From Actinomycetota bacterium (GTDB lineage Bacteria; Actinomycetota; Acidimicrobiia; Acidimicrobiales; CADCSY01): 64,000 nt of DNA. The stretch is from contig JAHWJI010000001.1 in the NCBI GenBank assembly GCA_019348495.1, positions 9,606 through 73,605 of the forward strand, in the 5' to 3' direction. Each line of letters opens with the position of its first letter. Positions within the stretch are counted from its first letter, which is position 1. A model generated the notes under the pieces. That model had not been told where the DNA came from, did not search any database, and saw only the letters and a program-made list of their open reading frames with translations. This document shows positions 36,664 through 45,075 of the stretch, in pieces. Both the position numbers and the translations under genes were made by a program.

Positions 36664-37608
36664 GTGGCCCGCCGGGCGAGGCCAGCCTGGCGTGGTGGCA
36701 GGAAGGGTGGTTGCGACCGTGGCTGCCTTGGCGCCGTGCTGGCCGGCTGCGGCGCCGGCACCGGGGACGAGCCCGACGCCGTGGTGGCCCCACCCGCCCC
36801 GGCGGTGCGCCACGGCGAGATCGACGTCGACGGCACGGTGCGCACCTACCGCCTGTTCGTGCCCACCACGCTGGATCGCCGCCGACCCGTCCCCCTGCTG
36901 GTGGCGCTCCACGGCGGGGGCAACAGCGTCGACAGCTTCGTGGAGACGACGCAGCTCGACGGAGCCGCCGCGGCCGGGAACTTCGTGGTGGCCTACCCCG
37001 AGGCGACCAAGGGCGCCTGGAACGCCGGCTTCTGCTGTGGGTCTGCGCCTGAGCGGGGCGTCGACGACGTGGGCTTCCTGGTTCGCCTCCTCGACGAGCT
37101 CGAGGCCGAGCTGCCCGTCGACCCGGCCCGGGTGTCCATGACCGGCATCTCCAACGGGGCCATGTTGGCCTATCGCTTCGCCTGCGAACGAGCCGACCGT
37201 CTCCACGCCATCGCCTCGGTGGCCGGGTCGGTGACGGTCGACGACTGCCGGCCCAGCCGGCCCGTGTCGGTGCTCGAGCTGCGGGGCAGCGAGGATCCCC
37301 TCGTCCCCTTCGAAGGCGGGCCGCCCGGGCTTTCCGACGTGGAGGAGGAGCTGAGGGCCTACCCCCCCGCCGTCGAGGTGGCCGGGCTCTTTGCCGAAGC
37401 GGCGGGCTGCTCCCCGGCACCCGCCTCCTCCACGAGCGGCGTCGTCGGCATCAGGGAATGGGAGGGCTGCGACGACGGCACTGCCGTGCGCCTGGTGCGG
37501 GTGGAGGGTGGCGGCCACGTCTGGTTCGCACCCGGCTTGGGAGCAGCCAACGCCTCCATCGACGCCACCGAGCTCATCACCGACTTCATCGCCGATCCGT
37601 CCTCGTGA
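36664..37608 (+). CDS. PHB-depolymerase-family esterase (LpqC-like), probable lipoprotein
   Basis: 314 aa with YRLFVPTT...PLLVALHGGGNS, WNAGFCCG, MTGISNGAMLAY (GxSxG) and GGGHVW. The N-terminal signal (GCLGAVLAGCG) is weak in this frame, as discussed in the findings. Confidence 0.75.
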   Translation: MARRARPAWRGGRKGGCDRGCLGAVLAGCGAGTGDEPDAVVAPPAPAVRHGEIDVDGTVRTYRLFVPTTLDRRRPVPLLVALHGGGNSVDSFVETTQLDGAAAAGNFVVAYPEATKGAWNAGFCCGSAPERGVDDVGFLVRLLDELEAELPVDPARVSMTGISNGAMLAYRFACERADRLHAIASVAGSVTVDDCRPSRPVSVLELRGSEDPLVPFEGGPPGLSDVEEELRAYPPAVEVAGLFAEAAGCSPAPASSTSGVVGIREWEGCDDGTAVRLVRVEGGGHVWFAPGLGAANASIDATELITDFIADPSS

Positions 37609-37611
37609 CCC

Positions 37612-38202
37612 ATGGCCGCCATGGATGAGGCTGAGGCCCGGGCCCTCCTCGGCGTGGCCGCCGGCGCGGGCCCCGGGGAGCTCAGGACCGCCTTCCGGCG
37701 CCGGCTTCGTCAGGCACACCCCGATGTCGCCCCCGCCGATCCCGACGCAGCCCGGGCCACGGCGCGCCTGGTGAGCGCCTACGCCCTGCTCCGTCGCCCG
37801 GCCCCGGCGGGAGCGTGCGCGCCGTCCGTGCCGAACGAGGCGCCGGTCGCCACCACTGCGGCACCGGTCGTCGTCGACGGTGACAGCCTCACCTACCCCG
37901 CCCCTCCCGACGAGGTCTACCGTCGCCTGGTGGCCGCCGCCGACCAACTCGGTGAGCTGACCTACGTCGACCCCGACGCCCGCCTGCTCGACACCGTCGT
38001 CACCATGGCCGACGGCACCGCCTGCTCGCTTCTCGCCAGCCTGCAGGGCCGGGCGTACGGCACCGAGGTGTTCCTCACCCTGGAGCCGCTGGGGCGCGAG
38101 CCCTGCCCCCCGGCGGAGCCCCTCGTGGCTGCGCTGGCTGCCCTGCTGGCCGGCGGCGAGACCCTCAGGCCGGCTCGTCGAACAGGGGAAGGCCGCAGGT
38201 GA
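37612..38202 (+). CDS. J-domain-like protein, C-terminal domain unknown
   Basis: 196 aa. EARALLGV...LRTAFRRRLRQAHPDVAP...LVSAYALL is a short J domain with the HPD motif. The 3' end overlaps the convergent acyl-CoA dehydrogenase gene by 38 nt. Confidence 0.6.
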   Translation: MAAMDEAEARALLGVAAGAGPGELRTAFRRRLRQAHPDVAPADPDAARATARLVSAYALLRRPAPAGACAPSVPNEAPVATTAAPVVVDGDSLTYPAPPDEVYRRLVAAADQLGELTYVDPDARLLDTVVTMADGTACSLLASLQGRAYGTEVFLTLEPLGREPCPPAEPLVAALAALLAGGETLRPARRTGEGRR

Positions 38203-39304
38203 TGCGCCCGATGAAGTCGTAGAGGGCGTCGGTGGTGGGGGCCATGACCGTCGCCGCCCGGGCGTCGCGAAAGTGGCGCTCCACCCCCACCTCCTTGCGG
38301 AAGGCGGCGCCCCCGCACACGCGCATGGCCAAGTCGGTCACCTCGGTGGCGCGCTCCCCGGCGCCGGCCTTGACCTCCAGCATCCGCAGCATGACGTCGT
38401 CCCTGGCCCCCTCGAGCGAGTCCAGGCTGTCGAGCAGCAGCGTGCGCACCATGTCGGTGCCGATCCGCATGCGGGCGACGTAGGCCCGCACCGTGGGCGA
38501 CTCGGCCAGCGACTGGTCCAGATGGGCGAGGCGGGCCCGGGCCACATGGGCCGCCGCCTTGGTGGTGGCGGCATCCATGGTGCCGACCGAGAAGGCCGCG
38601 CTCATGAGCTGGAAGTAGGGCAGCACCACCATCATCAACAAGTCGAAGCCCCCGCCATCAGGGCCGAGCATGGCGTCGGCGCCGACGACGAGCCCGTCGG
38701 CGGCCATGGGCCTGGAGCTGTTGCCCCGCAGACCGAGGCCGTCGAAGGGGCCATCCACTCCCAGCCCGGGCGCTCCTGCCGGGACGAGCCAGAGGGTGCT
38801 CAGGCCTTCAGCGGCCATCGGTCGACTCGACCACACGTAGCTGTCGGCTTCGCCCGCGGAGGTGACCCAGCTCTTGCGGGCGTCCAGGCGGACCTTGCCC
38901 TCGTCGGGCGTCGCCGTGCTCACCGGCGCCCAGAAGTGGCTGCGAGACCCCACCTCGGACAGGGCCAGGGCGAGGAGGTGGCGCCCGGCGGCGACCTCAC
39001 GTCGAACGTCCTCGGGCCCGTAGGCCTCGACCACGGGAACGGCGCAGTAGTGCAGCAGCGTCACCATGGCGGTCGAGGCACAGTGGTGGGCCAGCTCCTC
39101 GATCACCAGCGTCGCCGCCCGGTAGGCCTCGCCCCGGCCTCCCACCTCCCGAGCACTGAGCAGGCCGAGCAGACCGGCCCGGCCCAGGGCGTCGATGCCA
39201 GCCCGGGGGAAGGTTCCGCTGCGGTCGACCCCGACGGCGTCGGGAGCCACCACCTCGTCGATGACGGACCTGACGGCGTCGAGGTAGGGCACGGAGTCGT
39301 TCAC
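38165..39304 (-). CDS. acyl-CoA dehydrogenase family protein
   Basis: 379 aa with the three-domain ACAD layout (RKSWVTSAGEADSYVW, FDGLGLRGNSS, GGAAFRKEVGVERHFRDARAATVMAPT). Confidence 0.88.
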   Translation of the reverse strand: MNDSVPYLDAVRSVIDEVVAPDAVGVDRSGTFPRAGIDALGRAGLLGLLSAREVGGRGEAYRAATLVIEELAHHCASTAMVTLLHYCAVPVVEAYGPEDVRREVAAGRHLLALALSEVGSRSHFWAPVSTATPDEGKVRLDARKSWVTSAGEADSYVWSSRPMAAEGLSTLWLVPAGAPGLGVDGPFDGLGLRGNSSRPMAADGLVVGADAMLGPDGGGFDLLMMVVLPYFQLMSAAFSVGTMDAATTKAAAHVARARLAHLDQSLAESPTVRAYVARMRIGTDMVRTLLLDSLDSLEGARDDVMLRMLEVKAGAGERATEVTDLAMRVCGGAAFRKEVGVERHFRDARAATVMAPTTDALYDFIGRITCGLPLFDEPA

Positions 39305-39316
39305 CGGCGCATTCTG

Positions 39317-39664
39317 CTACGGCTGGCGGGGGCGGGTGTGGACCAGCGCCCACCACACGAGTGGCACCTGGAGGGGCAGGCGCAGCCAGGCCACCACCGG
39401 CGACCCCAGGGGGAAGCCCTTGCCGGGGATGCCGCCGTCGAGCGCCATCTGCACGTTGGCGGGGAACATGGCCACCAACAGCCCGGCCGTCAACCACGCC
39501 CCCAGCCGGCGGGTGCGGGGAAGCGCCAGCAACACCCCTCCCGCGATCTCGGCCGCCCCGCTGACCAGCACCACGGCTCGGGCGTTGTCGGCGCCGACGA
39601 CGCTGGGGACGATGCGCGCGTAGGACGCCGGGATCACGAAGTGTGATGTTCCCGCGCCGACCAT
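39317..39664 (-). CDS. DoxX-like small membrane protein (5' end unresolved)
   Basis: C-terminal part of track ORF 39317..39859, with GTSHFV...YARIVP...LVSGAAEIAGGVLLALPRTRRLGAWL...FPANVQMA. The family alignment should begin about 10 aa before Met 39664 (LTLAAL), where only CTG/TTG codons exist, so the true start is uncertain. Confidence 0.6.
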   Translation of the reverse strand: MVGAGTSHFVIPASYARIVPSVVGADNARAVVLVSGAAEIAGGVLLALPRTRRLGAWLTAGLLVAMFPANVQMALDGGIPGKGFPLGSPVVAWLRLPLQVPLVWWALVHTRPRQP

Positions 39665-39716
39665 CAAGGCGGCGAGCGTCAGTCGGGACGCCGTCAGTCG
39701 GCGCCGGCCTTGGCGC

Positions 39717-40943
39717 TCAGCCACCGCAGGTCGAAACTGCCCGCTCGCCGGCGAGCCGCGCGTCCACCCAGTCGAGGATCCCCTCGCCGGCCTCCCCCAG
39801 CACCTCGCCGTGGTCAGCGCCGGGGTACTCGCGGTACTCCACCAGGTTGCCGCCGGCACACAGGCGATCGACCGCGGTATCGGTGCTGGAGGCCAGCACC
39901 ACGAAGTCAGTCGTGCCCTGGGCCACGAGCACCGGGGCGTCGATCTTCCTCGACCCCGGCTCGTTCTGCTCCACCCTGGCTGCCCAGGGCTCGACGTCGA
40001 GGGGGTTGGTGACGAGCCAGGCCGAGGTGCGCTGGTCGATGAAGGCGTCGGTCACGCCCTGCAGGCACTCCCGGTCCACCACCTCGATGCGCTCGATGGC
40101 GGCTGGGGTGAGCACGTCGGCGAGCTCCAGCTCGTCGTAGGCCTCGCCGTAGGCGTAGATGGCGGAGGCCACCAGCCCGAAGGCCGGGGAGATCGGTACG
40201 GCCGAGCGCAACAGGGTGCTCAGCTCAGCGGCCGGAGCCGAGGTGGCCACGCCCAACAGGTCGAGGTCGGGGGCGTAGTCGGGCGCCAGCGCTCCGGCGA
40301 ACAGGGCGGCGTGTCCCCCTTGGGAGTGGCCGAAGGCGACCACGGCGGCGCCGGCGCCGGCCGCCTCGATGCGGGCCGCGGCCCGAGCGGCGTCGAGCAC
40401 GCTACGACCCTCGCTCTCGCCCACCAGGTAAGGGTGGACACCCGGCGCGCCGAGGCCTTCGTAGTCGGTGGCGGCCACCACGTAGCCGGAGGCCAGGAGA
40501 CGTTCCAGACCGGGCACGCCCACGCCGATGCGGGAAGGGGCGCAGTCGTCGGCCACTCCCACCGTGCCGTGGGCCCAGGACACCACGGGCCGACCCTGGG
40601 GTGGTGCCGGCCCGTGCGGGGCGTAGACCACTCCCGACACGGCGACGGGATTACCGTCGACCCCCTCCGAGCGGTAGAGCAGGTCCCAGCCCCGGGCGCC
40701 GGCGGGCACGTCGGGGGCGTTGCGGGGGGCCAGGGCCACCAGGTCACCGGGCTCGGCTCCAGGCAGCGGATCAGGCACGGCCCGCACGTCGGTGGGCACC
40801 TCACCCAGCGCCACCTCGGGTTCGGTCGGAGCCTCGTCGGCGGGCTGGGGCACCAGCTGCTCACCTGCGTCTTCCCCGCTGCAAGCGGGAATGGCGACCA
40901 CCGCCACCAGCACCGCCGCCATCCATCTCCGTCGACTCGCCAC
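39717..40943 (-). CDS. secretory lipase (LIP family) lipoprotein
   Basis: GTG 40943 inside track ORF 39717..41246. VASRRRWMAAVLVAVVAIPACSG is a signal peptide with a lipobox. ATDYEGLG and GHSQGG (nucleophile elbow), and a C-terminal half typical of LIP lipases. Confidence 0.8.
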   Translation of the reverse strand: MASRRRWMAAVLVAVVAIPACSGEDAGEQLVPQPADEAPTEPEVALGEVPTDVRAVPDPLPGAEPGDLVALAPRNAPDVPAGARGWDLLYRSEGVDGNPVAVSGVVYAPHGPAPPQGRPVVSWAHGTVGVADDCAPSRIGVGVPGLERLLASGYVVAATDYEGLGAPGVHPYLVGESEGRSVLDAARAAARIEAAGAGAAVVAFGHSQGGHAALFAGALAPDYAPDLDLLGVATSAPAAELSTLLRSAVPISPAFGLVASAIYAYGEAYDELELADVLTPAAIERIEVVDRECLQGVTDAFIDQRTSAWLVTNPLDVEPWAARVEQNEPGSRKIDAPVLVAQGTTDFVVLASSTDTAVDRLCAGGNLVEYREYPGADHGEVLGEAGEGILDWVDARLAGERAVSTCGG

Positions 40944-40983
40944 CGGAACGAGGGTAGGGGCCACGGGGTGCCACCATGGGTCG

Positions 40984-41808
40984 GTGCTCGTGAGCTCCAC
41001 CGATGGCGTCGAGATCGCCGTGCACGATCTCGGCGGTGACGGGCCCGACCTCTTGTTGGCCCATGCCACCGGCTTCCACGCCCGGGCCTGGGGGCCGTTG
41101 GCGTCGGCCCTGGCCCAGCACTTCCACTGCTGGTCCTTCGATGCCCGCGGCCACGGCGACTCCACCCGGCCGCAGTCGGGCGACTTCGACTGGCGCGGCT
41201 TCGGCGCCGACGCGCTCGCCGCCGTCGACGGGCTCGGTCTCGACACGCCCCTCGGTTTCGGTCACTCCCAGGGGGGCTCGGCGTTGTTGCTGGCCGAACA
41301 GGCCCGCCCCGGCACCTTCTCGGCGTTGTACCTGTACGAGCCGGTGGCGTGGCCCGAGCCGTTCGCCATGGACGACCATCCGCTGGTGACGGGTGCGCAG
41401 CGCCGACGGGACCGCTTCTCCTCGGTCGAGGCCGCCATCGAACGGCTGGGTTCCAAGCCCCCGCTGTCAGAGCTCGACCCCCGGGCCTTGCGGGCGTACG
41501 TGGAGTACGGCGTCATGGCCGTGCCCGACGGCGGGGTGACCCTCAAGTGCCGGCGAGAGGACGAGGCCCAGACCTATCGCATGGGCCCGCACCAGCGGTC
41601 CTTCGACCACCTCGGAGAGGTCACCTGTCCGACCACTCTGGCCCGGGGCACCGCCACCCGGTCGCTCGCCCTCGAGCTGGCCGAGCGCCAGGCGGCCCTG
41701 CTCGGCCGGGGACGACTGGAGCTCTTCGACGACCTCGGCCACTTCGGCCCTCTCCAGGACCCGGTGCGGGTGGCCGCCCGCATCACGGAGGCCCTCCTCG
41801 CGTCGTGA
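40984..41808 (+). CDS. alpha/beta hydrolase
   Basis: Inside track ORF 40720..41808. LLLAHATGFHARAW, DARGHGDS, GFGHSQGGSALL (GxSxG) and DLGHFGP (His). The start is taken at GTG 40984, and GTG 40990 is also possible. Confidence 0.8.
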   Translation: MLVSSTDGVEIAVHDLGGDGPDLLLAHATGFHARAWGPLASALAQHFHCWSFDARGHGDSTRPQSGDFDWRGFGADALAAVDGLGLDTPLGFGHSQGGSALLLAEQARPGTFSALYLYEPVAWPEPFAMDDHPLVTGAQRRRDRFSSVEAAIERLGSKPPLSELDPRALRAYVEYGVMAVPDGGVTLKCRREDEAQTYRMGPHQRSFDHLGEVTCPTTLARGTATRSLALELAERQAALLGRGRLELFDDLGHFGPLQDPVRVAARITEALLAS

Positions 41809-41873
41809 TGCACCCCCGTGCCCTCACGCCCGGGATCCGCGTAGCTGTCGCACCCCGGGTCTACCCTTCGGAC

Positions 41874-42689
41874 ATGGCGCTCGCCCTTCCGCCCACGCTG
41901 TCGCCGTCCAAGGTCTCCGCGTTCAAGGACTGCGCCCTGGCCTTTCGCTTCTCCGTCATCGACGGTCTCCCAGAGCCTCCCTCCCCGGCAGCGGTGAGGG
42001 GCACGTTGGTGCATCGGGCCCTCGAGCAGCTCTACTGCGCCGAGCCACCGGCGCGCACCCGTGTCGCCGCGCTGGCGGCCCTGGCCCAGGCCTTGGCCCA
42101 AGCTCGGGACCACGACGGTGAGTACCGCCAACTTGGCCTCGAGGGCGAGGCCGAGGAGCGCTTCCGGGCCGAGGCCGAGTGTCTGGTCCATCGCTACTTC
42201 GAGATGGAGGACCCCACGACCATCCGGCCCATCGGCATCGAGCTGCTGCTCGAGGCCAGGCTCGACGGGGTGCGCCTGCGGGGGATCATCGACCGCCTCG
42301 AGCTCGACGCCGACGGCGAGCTCGTCGTCACCGACTACAAGACCGGCCGGGCGCCTGCGCCCCGCTACGAGCAGGGCCGGTTCGGGGGAGTGCACTTCTA
42401 CGCGTTCCTGTGCGAGGCCGTGCTCGGCCGCCGCCCGGCGCGGGTCCAGCTGCTGTACCTGGGTGATGGGGTGACCATCGTGGCCACCCCCTCGGAGCAG
42501 TCGATCCGGGCCCTGGAGCGCCGGGTGGGAGCGGTGTGGCAGGCGGTGGAGCGGGCGTGTGCCACCGACGACTTCCGGCCCCACCCCGGGCCCCTGTGCG
42601 ACTGGTGCGCGTTCCAGGCCCACTGCCCGGCGTTCGGTGGCGATCCCTCGGCTGCCCGCTCGGCCGGGACCGTCATGGCGGGCGTGTGA
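41874..42689 (+). CDS. PD-(D/E)XK nuclease, Cas4/AddB-like with a 4-Cys cluster
   Basis: ATG 41874 inside track ORF 41349..42689. LSPSKVSAFKDCALAFRF (N-terminal Cys), GIIDRLELDADGELVVTDYKTG (D...D-x-K) and C-terminal CDWCAFQAHC (C-x2-C-x5-C). Confidence 0.8.
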   Translation: MALALPPTLSPSKVSAFKDCALAFRFSVIDGLPEPPSPAAVRGTLVHRALEQLYCAEPPARTRVAALAALAQALAQARDHDGEYRQLGLEGEAEERFRAEAECLVHRYFEMEDPTTIRPIGIELLLEARLDGVRLRGIIDRLELDADGELVVTDYKTGRAPAPRYEQGRFGGVHFYAFLCEAVLGRRPARVQLLYLGDGVTIVATPSEQSIRALERRVGAVWQAVERACATDDFRPHPGPLCDWCAFQAHCPAFGGDPSAARSAGTVMAGV

Positions 42690-43387
42690 CCGCCGAACCT
42701 CGAGAAGAGGCCCGTCGCAAGGACAGCGCGGCGCTGTCGGATGCGGCCATCGAGGCACTCGGTGGCACCCCCCGCCAGGTCCACCGCGGCCCGGTCAGTC
42801 CGCTTCGCTGGCTGCTCCCTCCGGCCCTCGGTCGCCAGATCAGTGCCTTTGACCAACGTGCCGACGCCGCCTTCGAGCGGATCCGGGGCCAACGGGCGCT
42901 CGACCGGCTGTTCTACAGCGCCTCGGCCCTGGCCGATTTCTCCCTGCTGTGGCACGTGATCGGGGCGAGCCGGGCCCTGCGCAGCAGGCACGAGGAGGAA
43001 TCGCTGCGGTTGGCCGCGGCCCTGGGGATGGAATCACTGCTCATCAACATGGGGGTGAAGTCGCTGTTCCGCCGCCGCCGGCCGGTGCGTGAGGAGCACG
43101 AGCGCCACCAACTCCGCCAACCTCGGTCGAGCAGCTTCCCGAGCGGCCACGCCACGTCGGGTTTCATGGCCGCCACGCTGTTGGGGAAGGAACGTTCGCC
43201 ACTGAACCGGCTGGGCTGGTACGGCCTGGCCGGCGTGGTCGCCGCCAGCCGCGTGCACGTCAACATCCATCACGCGTCCGACGTCGTCGGCGGCGCCCTC
43301 ATCGGCGTGGGCCTGGGCCGTCTCGTGGCGTGGATCTGGCCGGTGGCGGTACGCCAGAAGCGATCAGCGAGGCCGGCCACCCGCTGA
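42686..43387 (+). CDS. PAP2-superfamily phosphatase (membrane)
   Basis: GTG 42686 inside track ORF 42536..43387 (GTGA overlap with the nuclease stop). KSLFRRRRP, SFPSGHAT and SRVHVNIHHASDV match the three acid-phosphatase motifs. Confidence 0.85.
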   Translation: MTAEPREEARRKDSAALSDAAIEALGGTPRQVHRGPVSPLRWLLPPALGRQISAFDQRADAAFERIRGQRALDRLFYSASALADFSLLWHVIGASRALRSRHEEESLRLAAALGMESLLINMGVKSLFRRRRPVREEHERHQLRQPRSSSFPSGHATSGFMAATLLGKERSPLNRLGWYGLAGVVAASRVHVNIHHASDVVGGALIGVGLGRLVAWIWPVAVRQKRSARPATR

Positions 43388-43401
43388 TCGAACGGCCGGC
43401 C

Positions 43402-43590
43402 TCAGTTGGCGATCGGGGTGCTCTGGCCCTCGGGCGCGGCCAGCAAGGTGCGGACGTCGAGGAGGAGGTCGGCCACCTCGTCGGTCGACACCAACTCCCG
43501 GTGGAGCATCTCGGCCAAACCCTTGTCGATGACAGCGAGTGCCTCAATGATGATCTTGGGCTCTCGGGTGTCGGTCACCGCTTGTTCCAT
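43402..43590 (-). CDS. hypothetical protein (62 aa)
   Basis: ATG 43590 inside track ORF 43402..43692 (MEQAVTDTREPKIIIEALAVIDKGLAEMLHREL...). It is preceded by GGAAGGCGAGGA. No family recognised. Confidence 0.5.
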   Translation of the reverse strand: MEQAVTDTREPKIIIEALAVIDKGLAEMLHRELVSTDEVADLLLDVRTLLAAPEGQSTPIAN

Positions 43591-43606
43591 CAGATGTCCT
43601 CGCCTT

Positions 43607-43627
43607 CCTGTCGCCTGTCGCCTGTCG
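43607..43627. repeat. tandem heptamer (CCTGTCG)x3, reading (CGACAGG)x3 on the minus strand just upstream of the RBS of the 62-aa gene
   Basis: Read directly: cctgtcg cctgtcg cctgtcg at 43607-43627, followed by the related cctcgac. Confidence 0.9.
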
Positions 43628-43928
43628 CCTCGACTGATCGTCCGGCTCATCGTCGTACCGTCCGAGCTCCGCCTCGGGCAAGCCCGGGCCAACGACCCAC
43701 GGCGACGCCTAGAGGACTCACCTCACTCTATCTGCCCAGGGTCCGAAGGGCTCTCCTACGAAAGCGAGATGAGATCATCAGCGCCTCGTGGCGCTCGGGG
43801 TGCCAGAGGCATCCCGGCGGGGTCGTGGCCGGCGCCCGTCATCCAGAGCCGGTGGCGGCAACGGAGAACCACGACGGCCGCGACCGGCCGCCCGTCGACA
43901 GCGACGATCTGGGGACAAGGAGCTTGCC

Positions 43929-44651
43929 ATGACCCGCTTGTTCGAGGACCAGATGGAGGAGAACGCCGCGCTTCTCCAGCGCCTGGCCCCGTCGCCGCTC
44001 ACCCGCAGGAAGGTCCTCCTCGGCGGCGGTGCCGCCGCTCTCGCCATCGCGGCCGTCGCCTGTGGCACCGACGAAGACCCCTTCGTGCTCGAGGATCCCC
44101 CCAATCCCGACCTCACCACCCCTCCCCCGAAGCAGGAGGGGGGTGGCCAGGGGGCTCCAGGAGGCGGGGACGTGGCCACGGCCAAGCTCGCCGCCGGTCT
44201 TGAGGTCCTGGCGGTCAACACCTACCAGGGGGCGCTCGACGCCGCCGGGCGGGGCGCGCTCGGAGAGGTGCCCCCGGCGGTGGCCACCTTTGCCACCACG
44301 GCCCGAGATCACCACCAGGCCCACCTACGAGCCTGGAACGATCTGTTGACCAGCCTGGGAGAACAGCCGGTCAGCGAGCCCCTGCCCGCCCTGGCCGGTC
44401 CTGTGGGTGACCAGCTCGGCCAGGTCAGCGACGTCGTCGGCGTGGCTCGCCTGGCGCTCACCCTCGAGGACACGGCGGCCTCCACCTACTTCGAGGCCAT
44501 TCCCACCATCGGAAACGCCGAGGCGCTGGAGCTGGCCGCCACCATCCAGCCCATCGACATGCAACACGCGGCGGTGCTGCGCTACGTGCTGGGCGAGTAC
44601 CCGGTGCCCGAGAGCTTCGCCGACGCCGAAGAGTCGGCCATCCCCGCCTGA
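43929..44651 (+). CDS. ferritin-like domain protein with a Tat/lipoprotein-type signal
   Basis: ATG 43929 inside track ORF 43788..44651, preceded by AAGGAG. TRRKVLLGGGAAALAIAAVACG signal. LEVLAVNTYQGAL...ARDHHQAH...LEDTAASTY...IDMQHAAVL is a four-helix ferritin-like pattern. Confidence 0.7.
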   Translation: MTRLFEDQMEENAALLQRLAPSPLTRRKVLLGGGAAALAIAAVACGTDEDPFVLEDPPNPDLTTPPPKQEGGGQGAPGGGDVATAKLAAGLEVLAVNTYQGALDAAGRGALGEVPPAVATFATTARDHHQAHLRAWNDLLTSLGEQPVSEPLPALAGPVGDQLGQVSDVVGVARLALTLEDTAASTYFEAIPTIGNAEALELAATIQPIDMQHAAVLRYVLGEYPVPESFADAEESAIPA

Positions 44652-44745
44652 GGAGCCGCAAGGAGCCTCGGCCCCTGAGCAGTCGGTAGCAGGGTGACAC
44701 CTCGCCGGTGACCCGGCCAGGTGTGTGCCAAGGCCTGCCCGAGAG

Positions 44746-44772
44746 TTGAGTGTCTCACCCCCTCCTCATAAT
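44746..44772 (+). promoter_or_regulatory. weak promoter candidate TTGAGT-N15-CATAAT in an AT-richer patch
   Basis: TTGAGT (44746-44751) and CATAAT (44767-44772). The spacer is only 15 nt, so this is weak. It lies about 40 nt upstream of the SD-preceded GTG at 44813. Confidence 0.25.
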
Positions 44773-44812
44773 GGGATCCATGTGGTCTTGGAACCGACGA
44801 GGAGGCGACAGC

Positions 44813-45070
44813 GTGGCGAGCGATCCCCAGGCGAGCAGCGACGAGGCGTGCGGGCCTTGCGTCGCCGAGCTGGCTCATTGCCATGCCACCCTGGTCCTGC
44901 ACGCCGATGGCGCCCTGGACTGTCCGGAGCTGGAGGCCTGCGGCGCCCAGCCCGACGTGCACCTGTGGTGGATCTCCTGCACCGAGCTGGCGTCCCCGTG
45001 CGGCTGCACCGGCGACGAACATCCGGGAGCGGGACGACTCGAGGGCGGGCTCGTCGCCCGGGCGGCTTGA
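44813..45070 (+). CDS. hypothetical Cys-rich small protein (85 aa, 8 Cys)
   Basis: In track ORF 44750..45070. I prefer GTG 44813 because GGAGG lies 7 nt upstream. Sequence is ...ACGPCVAELAHCHATLVLHADGALDCPELEACGAQPDVHLWWISCTELASPCGCTGDEH. No family recognised. Confidence 0.45.
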   Translation: MASDPQASSDEACGPCVAELAHCHATLVLHADGALDCPELEACGAQPDVHLWWISCTELASPCGCTGDEHPGAGRLEGGLVARAA

Positions 45071-45075
45071 GGGTC

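Noticed and set aside
38165-38202. The 38-nt convergent overlap of the J-domain-like gene and the acyl-CoA dehydrogenase gene, as evidence that one of them is spurious.
   Set aside because: The dehydrogenase is unambiguous, and the J-like ORF has coding GC3 bias up to its stop. Short convergent 3' overlaps occur in compact GC-rich genomes. Confidence in the J-like gene is lowered only modestly.
43817-43905. Possible ZTP (pfl) riboswitch upstream of the ferritin-like gene. GGGGTCGTGGCCGGCG resembles the conserved GGGUCGUGACUGGCG start as I remember it, with GGTCG/CGACC and GGTGG/CCAC helices.
   Set aside because: The 3' half does not contain the conserved CCGCCUGGGC-type segment (it reads CCGCCCGTCGAC). 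There is a 16-nt insertion where the consensus is short. The downstream gene is not a purine or one-carbon gene. Only a cmsearch with the Rfam pfl model could rescue it, and I do not call it.
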